Shown here: positions 1-8,601 of the stretch, piece by piece | How positions within the stretch are numbered: the first letter of the stretch is position 1 | How the letters are laid out: every line of letters begins with the position of its first letter | NCBI GenBank assembly: GCA_016840035.1 | Contig: JAEOTC010000042.1 | Coordinates: 1-21,998 of the forward strand | Origin: Candidatus Hodarchaeota archaeon | Lineage (GTDB): Archaea; Asgardarchaeota; Heimdallarchaeia; Hodarchaeales; Hodarchaeaceae | Length of the DNA: 21,998 nucleotides | Direction of reading: 5' to 3' | Program-made: the position numbers and the translations under genes | The notes under the pieces: generated by a model | Told to the model about the DNA's origin: nothing | Databases searched by the model: none | The model's input: the letters and a program-made list of their open reading frames with translations, nothing else

Positions 1-1116
1 CAGTTGGTCAAATTTGAAGATAAAATCGAAATGTATACCACTTCTGAAGTTACAGGGGTATCTGGTTATATTGGGAACTTCGTGGTACAGATAACAAATA
101 ATTCTTCTGGTCAAGTAGTGGATAAATCTGTAGGTATAATTATTGTTGCTACTGGATTTGAGTCTTATAAACCTAAAGATGGTGAATATGAGTATACTAC
201 AACTGAAAATATAATAACATTACCAGAATTTATGAATCACCTTAATAAAGCTGATAATAAGGAAAAACTTCTTTATAAAGGCCAAGAAATAAATAAAATC
301 GGATTCATTTATTGCGTTGGTTCCAGACAGAAAGATATGGGCGATGGCAAACCTGTTAATGAGTATTGCTCGCGATATTGCTGTAATGCTACAGTTTTTT
401 TAACCACACAACTACAAAAAAGCTTTCCAAAACTTTATACCTATCATTTTTATCAAGATATCCGAGCTTATGGTAAAAATGAAGCTTATTACCTAACAGC
501 ACGAGAAAATGGTGCTATTTTTCTGAAATATGATCCTTATACTCCAGTTGAAGTAAATTCCTCTAATGGGAGTATTAATGTCACAATTACTGATATTCTC
601 ACTGAAAGTGAGAAAATAACTGTCCCTGTAGATCTGTTGGTTCTTGTTACTGGAATGGAAGCAAGAGAAAATAAGAAAATGGAAGAATTAGTTAAAATCA
701 CTCCTGGACTTGATGGATTTTACAAAGAATCTCATCCTAAGTTAAAACCAGTGGAAACAGGAAGAATGGGGGTTCTTTTGGCGGGAACCGCTCAATCTCC
801 AAGAGATATATCAGAAACTACAGCTTCCGCCTCTGCAGCTGCAGCTAAAGCAGCAAGCTTTGTCTTGAGAGGTGAATTGATGTTAGAACCTGCAGTGGCA
901 ACTGTCGATCCCAATCTTTGTTCTAATCATCAGAAATGTATCCCTGAATGCCCTACCAATGCTATTGAGACTCAGAATGATAAATCTGTAGTTAATGAAG
1001 CGCTATGTATAGGTTGTGCAATTTGCACAGCAGTCTGCCCTACAGAAGCTATTCAGATAAAGACTCTAACAACATCACAGATTCGTGAAATGATCAAAGC
1101 AATGGCAAAAAGTTAA
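1..1116 (+). CDS. hdrA: HdrA/QmoB-like FAD/Fe-S flavoprotein, C-terminal part (5' truncated by the window edge)
   Basis: Motifs GYIGNF, VGIIIVATG, CVGSR, YCSRYCC, DIRAYGK, DLLVLVTG, HPKLKPVET and AGTAQSPRDI. C-terminal ferredoxin pair CSNHQKCIPECP / CIGCAICTAVCP. The frame is open to base 1. Confidence 0.9.
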   Translation, partial: QLVKFEDKIEMYTTSEVTGVSGYIGNFVVQITNNSSGQVVDKSVGIIIVATGFESYKPKDGEYEYTTTENIITLPEFMNHLNKADNKEKLLYKGQEINKIGFIYCVGSRQKDMGDGKPVNEYCSRYCCNATVFLTTQLQKSFPKLYTYHFYQDIRAYGKNEAYYLTARENGAIFLKYDPYTPVEVNSSNGSINVTITDILTESEKITVPVDLLVLVTGMEARENKKMEELVKITPGLDGFYKESHPKLKPVETGRMGVLLAGTAQSPRDISETTASASAAAAKAASFVLRGELMLEPAVATVDPNLCSNHQKCIPECPTNAIETQNDKSVVNEALCIGCAICTAVCPTEAIQIKTLTTSQIREMIKAMAKS

Positions 1117-1133
1117 CTGAAGGTGTAACTAAA

Positions 1134-1442
1134 ATGAGTCAAGAGAGTAATGAAACATCTGGAAAGAAAAAGAAAACACTTACAGCTAAACTATATAAAA
1201 AACAAACTGGAGCAGTAGTTAGTGAAAAACTAAAGGAAAGAAATAAACATAATAACAAGGTTAAAAGAGCGATATTTAAAGCCATGGAAGGCGAACCTAG
1301 GACTGTTCCTGAAATCTCATTAGAAACTGGAATTCCTTCTCATGAAGTTTTGTGGCATGTAGCAACTAGTTTAAGATATCGTTTAGTTGAAGCAGTAGAA
1401 AAAACGGATGAGGATTTTTGGAGATATAGGCTGATTAAGTAG
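1134..1442 (+). CDS. Small basic winged-helix-like protein inside the Hdr-like operon
   Basis: RBS AGGTG upstream. IFKAMEGEPRTVPEISLETGIPSHEVLWHV...RLVE fits an HTH-wing pattern. Lys-rich N-terminus. Confidence 0.7.
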   Translation: MSQESNETSGKKKKTLTAKLYKKQTGAVVSEKLKERNKHNNKVKRAIFKAMEGEPRTVPEISLETGIPSHEVLWHVATSLRYRLVEAVEKTDEDFWRYRLIK

Positions 1443-1453
1443 GTGAATATGGA

Positions 1454-2596
1454 ATGGTTGCAGTTAATCAGGGTGTTGTTGTTAATACCGAAGTTTTTGA
1501 AGATATTAAAAAAATGGGTGCTTTTGACGTTTCTGCATGTATGAACTGTGGTACGTGCACAGTTTCATGTCCATTATCAATCTCTGGTAATGAATTTCCA
1601 AGAAAATTGATCAGATATGCTGTTCTAGGATTAGATGAAAAATTAGTTTCACATCCTGAACCTTGGCTTTGCTATTACTGTGGAGATTGTTCAGATCAAT
1701 GTCCAAGTGAAGCTGAACCTGGAGAATTCATGATGGCTACACGTCGGTATCTTACATCAAGATATGATTGGACAGGGTTGTCAAAGAAATTTTATTTGTC
1801 AGAAAAATGGGAAATTGGTGCACTTCTTACCCTTGCCTTAGTTTTTCTTGGAATATTCGTTGTATCGAATCTTGTAGGTATAAGTAGTATGCAGGGGGAT
1901 AATGTTTCGATAGATAGCTTTGCTCCAATTGAGTGGATTCATATAGGTGATCTCATTTTAGGAGGAACCTTAGCGCTTCTTTTACTCTCAAATGCACTGA
2001 GAATGTATTATTATATAATCCTTAATGATAAAAGTGTTAAAGTACCAATTAAACTATATTTTACAGAGATTAAAGCATATATTCTTGCAGGCCTCAGTCT
2101 CGTAACTCAATATCGATGGCTTTCATGTGACAGTAAAACTAGATGGTTAAAACATCTTTTTCTTGTAACGGGTTATGTAACAATTTTCACCTTAGTTGTA
2201 GTCTTTATTGATATCTTTCAGGTGGATGACACAGGTTGGAATATAAGTTCGCTTCTAGGTTATTATGCGACAGCTGCACTGCTATTTGTTACGCTAGAGG
2301 CTATGTGGAGTCGATATAAGAAAAATGAACAAATGCATAAGCATTCACATTTATCTGATTGGTTGTTTTTGATACTGCTTTTCCTCACGGCAACTACTGG
2401 GATTTTTCTGCATTTATCTCGACTCATGAATTTCACTTATCCAAGTTACATAATCTATGTAATCCACATAATGATTGCAGGACCTATGTTAATAATAGAA
2501 GTACCTTTTGGTAAATGGTCACATATGCTTTATCGACCTCTTGCTGTATACTTAGCAATGGTAAAAGAAAAGGCCAAGTCAATAACAACTGAGTAG
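1454..2596 (+). CDS. QmoC-like protein: HdrC-type 2x[4Fe-4S] domain fused to an HdrE/NarI-like membrane (cytochrome b) domain
   Basis: CMNCGTCTVSCP and PWLCYYCGDCSDQCP, then about six hydrophobic helices with membrane His residues (WIH, LKH, FLH, VIH, PFGKWSH). RBS AGGTGA. Confidence 0.85.
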   Translation: MVAVNQGVVVNTEVFEDIKKMGAFDVSACMNCGTCTVSCPLSISGNEFPRKLIRYAVLGLDEKLVSHPEPWLCYYCGDCSDQCPSEAEPGEFMMATRRYLTSRYDWTGLSKKFYLSEKWEIGALLTLALVFLGIFVVSNLVGISSMQGDNVSIDSFAPIEWIHIGDLILGGTLALLLLSNALRMYYYIILNDKSVKVPIKLYFTEIKAYILAGLSLVTQYRWLSCDSKTRWLKHLFLVTGYVTIFTLVVVFIDIFQVDDTGWNISSLLGYYATAALLFVTLEAMWSRYKKNEQMHKHSHLSDWLFLILLFLTATTGIFLHLSRLMNFTYPSYIIYVIHIMIAGPMLIIEVPFGKWSHMLYRPLAVYLAMVKEKAKSITTE

Positions 2597-2769
2597 GTTT
2601 CGGTATTAGTGGGTTAAATATCCTCATTCAAATTGATGGCCAATCGATTTGTGACAGAAGACATCGTGGGAATAACCCAATTACTTTTTTCTTTCAGAGA
2701 TATTTCTGTAACAGAAGGAGTGATTATTGAACAACAATCCATTCCTTCGTAACTTTTGGAAATTTAAGG

Positions 2770-3228
2770 ATGAACTACCGTCGGCTTGTGGAAGAAGGGA
2801 AACTAAAAGAAATTGCAGGATTTTCTGATTTCTATAAGTGGTTAAAGAAGATTTTTACACCTTCTATTCCAATTGTTATAGCTTCAAACGGGCATTCTTC
2901 AAGTATTGAAACTTCCTTAAAAGCCATTGGATATTTTGATTCCATTAAGTACTATAGTACTGAACAAGGTTCTGTTAAAATCTCTAAAGAACATCTTTTA
3001 AGATCAGTGGTTAAAGATCTTCAGGTAAGACCACAAAATTGTTTAGTTCTAGAGGATTCTTCTCTTGGAGCAAATGCAGCTAAAAAAATTGGTATGATGG
3101 TTACTATTCTCAATACGAGTCAGCTTCCAGAAGAGAATTTTGATGCAGATCTAATCGTAAATAATTATCTGGATCCAGAGCTCTATTCCTTTGTAAAAGA
3201 AATATACGATGATAGAGAGGTCATCTGA
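2770..3228 (+). pseudogene. HAD-superfamily (beta-PGM/CbbY-like) hydrolase lacking its N-terminal catalytic motif I
   Basis: Motif II (IVIASNG) and motif IV (CLVLEDSSLGANAAKKIGM) are present. There is no DxD motif, and an in-frame TGA at 2728-2730 blocks extension upstream. Confidence 0.6.
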
Positions 3229-3257
3229 TGTCCTATCTGGAGGATGATAGAACGTAA

Positions 3258-3998
3258 CTAATGGAACTGTAGTAGAATAATAATTATTCCAGCACCTAAT
3301 ACCATCATGATTACTTCACGAAGTTCGTCCATTAGACCTACTCTAGAATGCAATTCAGGATAAATGTCAGTTAGAGCAATGTAGAGGAAACTTGATGCTG
3401 AAATAGCCATTACATATGGAATTACTGACTGTATAGTGTCCAGGGCAAAGAATGCTATTATAGCTGTTGGGATAGTACTTATGCTTGATAAGAGGTTTAA
3501 TATCAAAGCTTTTCTTCTCGAATAACCAGAATGCAGAAGCAGTGCAAAATCACCAATTTCCTGTGGAATTTCGTGAGCAATTACCGAAAGAGTTGCAGCT
3601 ATACCAATAGGAATTGAAATTAAGAAGCTTGTCGCAATAACAAGACCATCCACAGCATTATGGAAAGCATCTCCTATGATGATCATTGAACCTACAGTTC
3701 TATGAGCTGTACAATCCATATCATGACAATGCCGCCAGATTATCGTTTTCTCCAGAATAAAAAATAGGAAAATACCTACTAAAACAGTCGTTAGAGCTGT
3801 TTGTACATCTAAATGTTCAAGCGCATGAGGTATCAACCCTAATAAAGCTGCGGTCAGAAGTGTCCCACTCGCGAACGAAATTAAGGAGGGTATGAGAAAT
3901 TTCTGAATTGGTTCTCGAATTAGAAGAAAACCAGTTGCAGTAAGTACAGCGCCAATACTCCCTAGGGAACTAAAAACAATAATCCAAATCAATAGCAT
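3258..3998 (-). CDS. ZIP-family divalent metal transporter
   Basis: SFASGTLL, GDAFHNAVDG, HEIPQEIGDF and FLYIALTDIYPELH motifs. Cys/His loop HCHDMDCTAH. Multiple TM segments. Confidence 0.93.
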   Translation of the reverse strand: MLLIWIIVFSSLGSIGAVLTATGFLLIREPIQKFLIPSLISFASGTLLTAALLGLIPHALEHLDVQTALTTVLVGIFLFFILEKTIIWRHCHDMDCTAHRTVGSMIIIGDAFHNAVDGLVIATSFLISIPIGIAATLSVIAHEIPQEIGDFALLLHSGYSRRKALILNLLSSISTIPTAIIAFFALDTIQSVIPYVMAISASSFLYIALTDIYPELHSRVGLMDELREVIMMVLGAGIIIILLQFH

Positions 3999-4046
3999 CT
4001 TTTTAATCTCCAGATTTTTAGTTCTAGCAATATAAAACCATATCTC

Positions 4047-5279
4047 CTATGAAAAGGAGATGTTCTTCATTATTTCTCCAATGGTATTCCCTTGATATGG
4101 TTGAATTTGTATATTGTGATCCGATAAGAGTGCTTTAGGTCCAACACCAAAAGTCTCTGGGTCTTTGATCACTAAAATATCAATTTCCTCATTAATTAAC
4201 AATTCTGCACTTAATAGACCACGCTTCCGTTCAGCCAACCTATGTGGATTCTCGATCGTATATTGAGAAGTAATCCTTTTACTCAAGGTATCAAAACAGA
4301 CAATTAAGAACCCATGAGTTTGGCCGAAATGATCTTCAGGAATACCATTCATCCCTATTTCTAGAGATGGAATAGGAATCGCAACCTTCATCTGAATTTT
4401 TATTGAAGGTTCCACACTTATCATGACACTATCTAATTGAGGAATATCTTTTTTCAAAGAAGATTCTAAATTATGTGTTACCTGTGAAATAGCACTAATA
4501 GTTTTCTTTGCATCTACTCGAATCTGAATATCTACAAAATAATATGGACCCGAACGTCGGAGTCGAATATTTGAAATATCTTTTATATCTGTAAAATTCG
4601 AAATAATTAATTTTATGGTTTCAATTACTTCAGGATCATCGACGGCATCTAATAATGTCAAGATAGAACTTTTACCAAATTCAATTCCTGTTTTTACAAT
4701 TAAAAGGCTTATCAGTAAGCCCACAAGTCCTTCTAATTGAGGGAAAAGAATTATGTGCGAGAAAACTCCTATAAAAACTAATGAATTTGTGAGCATGTCG
4801 AGTTTAAATTCATTAGCTGTACTTATCAACGCATTTGACCTAATTTTTGAACCCACTCTTAAGTTATATCGATAAAGCCAATATGCACCTCCAATCGAGA
4901 CTAATGAAATTATCAGTCCCAAAGCTGGGTGATTTAATGAGCTTGGGGAAAAAAAACTTTGTGCACTTATGATCATTACATCTAGACCAAAGAAAAGGAT
5001 GAAAATCGCCACGACTAACGTAGCTAACGTCTCCATTCGGTAGTAACCGTAAGGAAATCGTTTGGAAGGATCTTTTTGAGAATAGCGTAAGCCAAAAAGG
5101 ACAGCTAAAGAACCAAATGCATCAGTGATTGCATCTAATGCTGAAGCAAATACTGCAACACTTCCGATAAATAACCCTATTATTAATTTAAGTATAATTA
5201 AGAAAATATTAGAGAAGAGAGTAACGAATGTGGCTTTCTCTCCTTCGGCTAACAGTTTAATTCTAGTATCAGAATCCAT
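4047..5279 (-). CDS. Cation diffusion facilitator (FieF/YiiP-like) with a C-terminal NifB/NifX-like domain
   Basis: FPYGYYRMETL, TM2 DxxxD, dimerisation domain RLRRSGPYYFVDIQI, then a NifX-like tail KVAIP...DHFGQ...IENPH...IDILV...G. Confidence 0.9.
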   Translation of the reverse strand: MDSDTRIKLLAEGEKATFVTLFSNIFLIILKLIIGLFIGSVAVFASALDAITDAFGSLAVLFGLRYSQKDPSKRFPYGYYRMETLATLVVAIFILFFGLDVMIISAQSFFSPSSLNHPALGLIISLVSIGGAYWLYRYNLRVGSKIRSNALISTANEFKLDMLTNSLVFIGVFSHIILFPQLEGLVGLLISLLIVKTGIEFGKSSILTLLDAVDDPEVIETIKLIISNFTDIKDISNIRLRRSGPYYFVDIQIRVDAKKTISAISQVTHNLESSLKKDIPQLDSVMISVEPSIKIQMKVAIPIPSLEIGMNGIPEDHFGQTHGFLIVCFDTLSKRITSQYTIENPHRLAERKRGLLSAELLINEEIDILVIKDPETFGVGPKALLSDHNIQIQPYQGNTIGEIMKNISFS

Positions 5280-5297
5280 TTGTGCCAGTTTCTCCTT

Positions 5298-6176
5298 CTA
5301 TTGTAATAACTCAGAAATATTTTTCCAGAGTTGATTTAAAGAACCTTCTAATTCTTGAATACCATACTCTAGAATAGTTTCTCCGTTAACCATTGCTTTA
5401 TAGATCGCTAAATTGTATGAAAGCTCTCCAACAATAGGAATACTTTCATTTTTGCAGAAATCGACTATACTTACTCGTTGTTCTTCATTGATTGTCGCTT
5501 TGTTGATAATTACTGCTGGTTGAATTTTAAAAAATTGTGTGAGCTCGATTACCCTTTTCATATCATGGATTGCAGTCATTGTTGGTTCAACCACAATAAT
5601 GACCAAATCTGCATTAGTTAAGGCTGCAATAACTGGACAACCTATTCCTGGACTCCCATCGACAATAATAACCTTTTTTTCCTCATGTTGTGCAAGTTCT
5701 TGACTTTTCTGAATAACTTCACTGACTAATTTACCAGAATTCTCTGCACCAACATCCAGTAATGCATGAACCATTGGACCAAATCTAGTTTTAGCTTCAT
5801 AGATAGTACCTGATGGTTGGATTTCCATTGTTATTGCGCTTTCAGGGCAAATCCATGCACATGCACCACACCCCTCACAATGCATGGAATCTATTTCGAA
5901 ATCCGTATTAATAGCATCAAAACGACACACTTTCAAACATTTTCCACACTTAGTACACAGTTCAGAATCCTTAATGGCTATTTTTCCACTTAAAAACCTC
6001 TCAGATGAAGAATCTGTTGGATCCATTAACAAATGTAGATTTGGTGCATCCACATCACAATCTGCCATAAGGGAAATCGGTGAAGATAATTGTGCTAGTA
6101 CTGCACTTATGGTTGTCTTTCCTGTTCCTCCTTTACCAGAGAGAACTGTGATTTGTTTTATTTTCTCCCTTGTCAT
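5298..6176 (-). CDS. MinD-superfamily P-loop ATPase with inserted 2x[4Fe-4S] ferredoxin domain (COG1149-like), paralogue 2
   Basis: SGKGGTGKTT, DCDVDAPNLHL, CTKCGKCLKVC, CEGCGACAWICP, NSGKLV, DGSPGIGCPV, EPT. Start moved from 6203 to the ATG at 6176, which forms an ATGA overlap with the upstream stop and follows a GGAGG RBS. Confidence 0.92.
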   Translation of the reverse strand: MTREKIKQITVLSGKGGTGKTTISAVLAQLSSPISLMADCDVDAPNLHLLMDPTDSSSERFLSGKIAIKDSELCTKCGKCLKVCRFDAINTDFEIDSMHCEGCGACAWICPESAITMEIQPSGTIYEAKTRFGPMVHALLDVGAENSGKLVSEVIQKSQELAQHEEKKVIIVDGSPGIGCPVIAALTNADLVIIVVEPTMTAIHDMKRVIELTQFFKIQPAVIINKATINEEQRVSIVDFCKNESIPIVGELSYNLAIYKAMVNGETILEYGIQELEGSLNQLWKNISELLQ

Positions 6177-7066
6177 TTGTTCCCCTCCTTGATATTTGTC
6201 CATAATCGTTTAAACAATTCATTAAATCTTTGCGTTGTACCAATAAGAGGCAAACCCCGTGAATATAAATGGAGAATTTCGGTATCATGGGGAATTTCCA
6301 GAAGAAGAGGATAATCGTTCTCTTTAACTAAACGTATTATTCGGTCATCCCCTACATCAGATCTATTACTTATGATCCCAAAGGGCAATTCAAGCTGTTT
6401 GACAAGTTCAATTGCGATACGGAGATCATGTTCTCCTGCTGGTGTTGGTTCGGTAACTAGGATGACAAAGTCTAAATCGGATAGACCCTCAACTACTGGA
6501 CAGGCTGATCCAGGAGGTAAATCCAAGATAACTTGCTCATCTTTCTTTCGATCAAATGCAATTTTCTTTAGTTCATGAATTATCGGAGTCGCTATTGCTT
6601 CTCCGACATTCAAAGTACCTTCATAGAAAGTTAAATTTTTTTCATAGATTGAAGATTCACTTGACAAAGAATTATCTGATCTGGTTACTTCTCCGAGCTT
6701 GTGAAAATTCTCTGTTATTGCATTCTCAGGACAAGCTAATGAGCATAAGCCACATCCATGGCATAATTCATCAAAGATCATTACTTGATTAGGAAGAACA
6801 GCGAGTGCGTTAAATTCACACAATTCTGCACAAAGGCCACAGTGTGTACAGGAATCTTCGTCCACTTCAGGTCTTAATAATCCTACATCTTGAAAATGTG
6901 CCATGGATCTATGTAAAAAGTGATTATCATTAGGTTCCTCAACATCCAAGTCAATAAGAGTGACTGGTTGTTGTTCAGCGAGGTGAAGAGATAAATTAAC
7001 TGCTACAGTAGTTTTACCAGTTCCTCCCTTACCGGATGCTACACCAATTATCGTTTCGTATTCCAC
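6173..7066 (-). CDS. MinD-superfamily P-loop ATPase with inserted 2x[4Fe-4S] ferredoxin domain (COG1149-like), paralogue 1
   Basis: ASGKGGTGKTT, DLDVEEPN, CTHCGLCAELC, CHGCGLCSLACP, DLPPGSACPV, VTEPTPAGEHDL, NRSD. GTG start directly after the upstream TAG. Confidence 0.92.
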   Translation of the reverse strand: MEYETIIGVASGKGGTGKTTVAVNLSLHLAEQQPVTLIDLDVEEPNDNHFLHRSMAHFQDVGLLRPEVDEDSCTHCGLCAELCEFNALAVLPNQVMIFDELCHGCGLCSLACPENAITENFHKLGEVTRSDNSLSSESSIYEKNLTFYEGTLNVGEAIATPIIHELKKIAFDRKKDEQVILDLPPGSACPVVEGLSDLDFVILVTEPTPAGEHDLRIAIELVKQLELPFGIISNRSDVGDDRIIRLVKENDYPLLLEIPHDTEILHLYSRGLPLIGTTQRFNELFKRLWTNIKEGNK

Positions 7067-7465
7067 CTAGTGCTTATGATCATGGTGATGTTCATGATCT
7101 TCATTTCGGTACTTATGCTGTTGACAGGCATCAGCATTAGTTGCCATCTTCAATTTATTATTTTTGAATTGCTGAATGGCATCTTTTACTATTCCTTGTG
7201 CTCCAATATAGATTTCTACTCCATATTGTTCAAATAGTTGAATAGCTCTTCTACCAATTCCACCACATATCATTATATCAACATCATAATCTCGAAGGAG
7301 TTCGGCAGGAAGTTTGGTTCCTCCACGATGAGAAGAGGTGTTTTCAATTACTTCTACCTCCTTAGTTTTGTCATCATATATTGTATAATTTATTACACGG
7401 CCAAAATGGTAACCTACTTGATCTTCTAATCCACCTGTTGTTTCTGAAGGGATGCAAATTCTCAT
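7067..7465 (-). CDS. NifB/NifX-family (dinitrogenase FeMo-co binding / ORP-like) protein with a His-rich tail
   Basis: MRICIP...HFGR...YTIYD...IEN...DIMICGGIGRRA. C-terminus CQQHKYRNEDHEHHHDHKH. Confidence 0.88.
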   Translation of the reverse strand: MRICIPSETTGGLEDQVGYHFGRVINYTIYDDKTKEVEVIENTSSHRGGTKLPAELLRDYDVDIMICGGIGRRAIQLFEQYGVEIYIGAQGIVKDAIQQFKNNKLKMATNADACQQHKYRNEDHEHHHDHKH

Positions 7466-7491
7466 TTTCTGACTCTCCTTATTTTGCTCTA

Positions 7492-7923
7492 TCAGTAATT
7501 ACCTCTTCCTCGACCTTGACCACGGCCCATTCCTCTTCCTTGACCGCGACCCATACCTCGGCCTCTACCAGGGCCCATTCCATGAGCACCAGCCATTTCA
7601 GTTAACTTTCCTGCCAATAATGCATCAATATTATCTTGAATTGATCCTGTAATACCAGAATAAACTTTTATATTCGCACCCTTCAAGACATTCCAAGCAT
7701 TTGGACCCATTTGAGGAGCAATGACAGCGTCTACTTCATTGTTGAGCATTGATTGAGCTGCTTGAATTCCAGCTCCTCCAGCTGCATTTTGAGCAGTATT
7801 TGGGTAAGCAGTGTCAATTTTCTTTGAGTTGGAATCATAAATTATGAAATATGAACACCTTCCAAAGTTTGACGCAAAAACATCTTTTATAGTACTTCCA
7901 TTTGAAGACAAACCGATTTTCAT
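7492..7923 (-). CDS. NifB/NifX-family (ORP-like) protein with a Gly/Arg-rich tail
   Basis: NFGRCSYFIIYD, GGAGIQAAQ, AVIAPQMGPNAWNVL. Tail GMGPGRGRGMGRGQGRGMGRGQGRGRG. Confidence 0.9.
   Translation of the reverse strand: MKIGLSSNGSTIKDVFASNFGRCSYFIIYDSNSKKIDTAYPNTAQNAAGGAGIQAAQSMLNNEVDAVIAPQMGPNAWNVLKGANIKVYSGITGSIQDNIDALLAGKLTEMAGAHGMGPGRGRGMGRGQGRGMGRGQGRGRGNY
7501..7580 (-). repeat. Protein-level G-x repeat, including (GRGMGRGQ)x2
   Basis: Seen directly in the translation. Synonymous codons differ between copies. Confidence 0.85.
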
Positions 7924-7928
7924 TAACT

Positions 7929-8378
7929 TTACCTCTTTTTAGATTTTAAATTTTTAATACATTGAATTTGGGTACTATCAAATCCTTGTGTATGAATGTG
8001 AAGATTTTCAGATCCACATTCTTTACAGTTTGAACCCTTATCAGTATTCTCTGTTAAACTCCAAGAATATCCACAATCGTCACAATGTAATACTTCTGTA
8101 GTATCTTCGATTCGGATAGCTAATCCATTTACTAACGCATTAGCAATCTTATACTGAACGTCATCTAAATGTCTAGAAATCGTGGACTGTGATACTTCCA
8201 TCAGTTTTCCTGCTTCACCCTGTGATAATCCTTCTAATGAGGTTAAACGAAGTGTCTCAAGTTCCTCGAGGGTAATAGTGACTTCCTCTGTAATTTCACT
8301 TAGTGGAATGCCGCGTGGTTTGAAGTAAGTATGTGTTGGATCACAACGAATCGTTCTAGGATGTCTACTTCTGGGCAT
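7929..8378 (-). CDS. DUF134 (UPF0251) HTH protein with a C-terminal Zn-ribbon
   Basis: MPR...YFKPRGIP...EELETLRL...GLSQGEAGKLMEVSQST...KIANALVNG, plus CDDC...CKECGS. RBS AAGGAG. Confidence 0.9.
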   Translation of the reverse strand: MPRSRHPRTIRCDPTHTYFKPRGIPLSEITEEVTITLEELETLRLTSLEGLSQGEAGKLMEVSQSTISRHLDDVQYKIANALVNGLAIRIEDTTEVLHCDDCGYSWSLTENTDKGSNCKECGSENLHIHTQGFDSTQIQCIKNLKSKKR

Positions 8379-8511
8379 TTTAAAAAACTCCTTATTTTAC
8401 GTAAAACTACTGTTCATGTGACGTTTTGACGAATTACATTCGTTCTACAGGTTTCGATCCTTAGGGTTGGTTTTTACAACGAGTTTTATGATAATACAAT
8501 CCAAATTGCTA

Positions 8512-8554
8512 TTTTGCATATATATTCATAAAGGTTTCGCATATATATGCAAAA
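8512..8554. promoter_or_regulatory. Twin 20-bp palindromic operators overlapping a minus-strand BRE/TATA
   Basis: TTTTGCATATATATTCATAA (8512-8531) and TTTCGCATATATATGCAAAA (8535-8554). On the minus strand 8540-8525 reads GCGAAACCTTTATGAA. Confidence 0.75.
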
Positions 8555-8601
8555 CACTTATCAATATCTATATAAATTTGTTATTTGCTTAAGGAGGCAA
8601 A

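Noticed and set aside
1-3270. Selenocysteine read-through in HdrA or neighbouring genes
   Set aside because: No in-frame TGA in the visible HdrA or QmoC-like sequence. The TGAs around the HAD fragment are not at Cys-motif positions, and no SECIS was recognised.
7067-7923. Nitrogen fixation inferred from NifB/NifX domains
   Set aside because: No nifH/D/K or radical-SAM NifB in the window. Stand-alone NifX-like proteins are common in non-diazotrophs.
8395-8406. Perfect palindrome TTTTACGTAAAA before the DUF134 RBS
   Set aside because: Single, short, AT-rich and unrelated to the twin operator sequence, so support is insufficient.
8447-8461. tRNA T-loop-like GGTTTCGATCC, also a 15-nt match to 12214-12228
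   Set aside because: No cloverleaf could be built, and the second copy is coding sequence (TGFDP). One 15-nt match in 22 kb of AT-rich DNA is compatible with chance.
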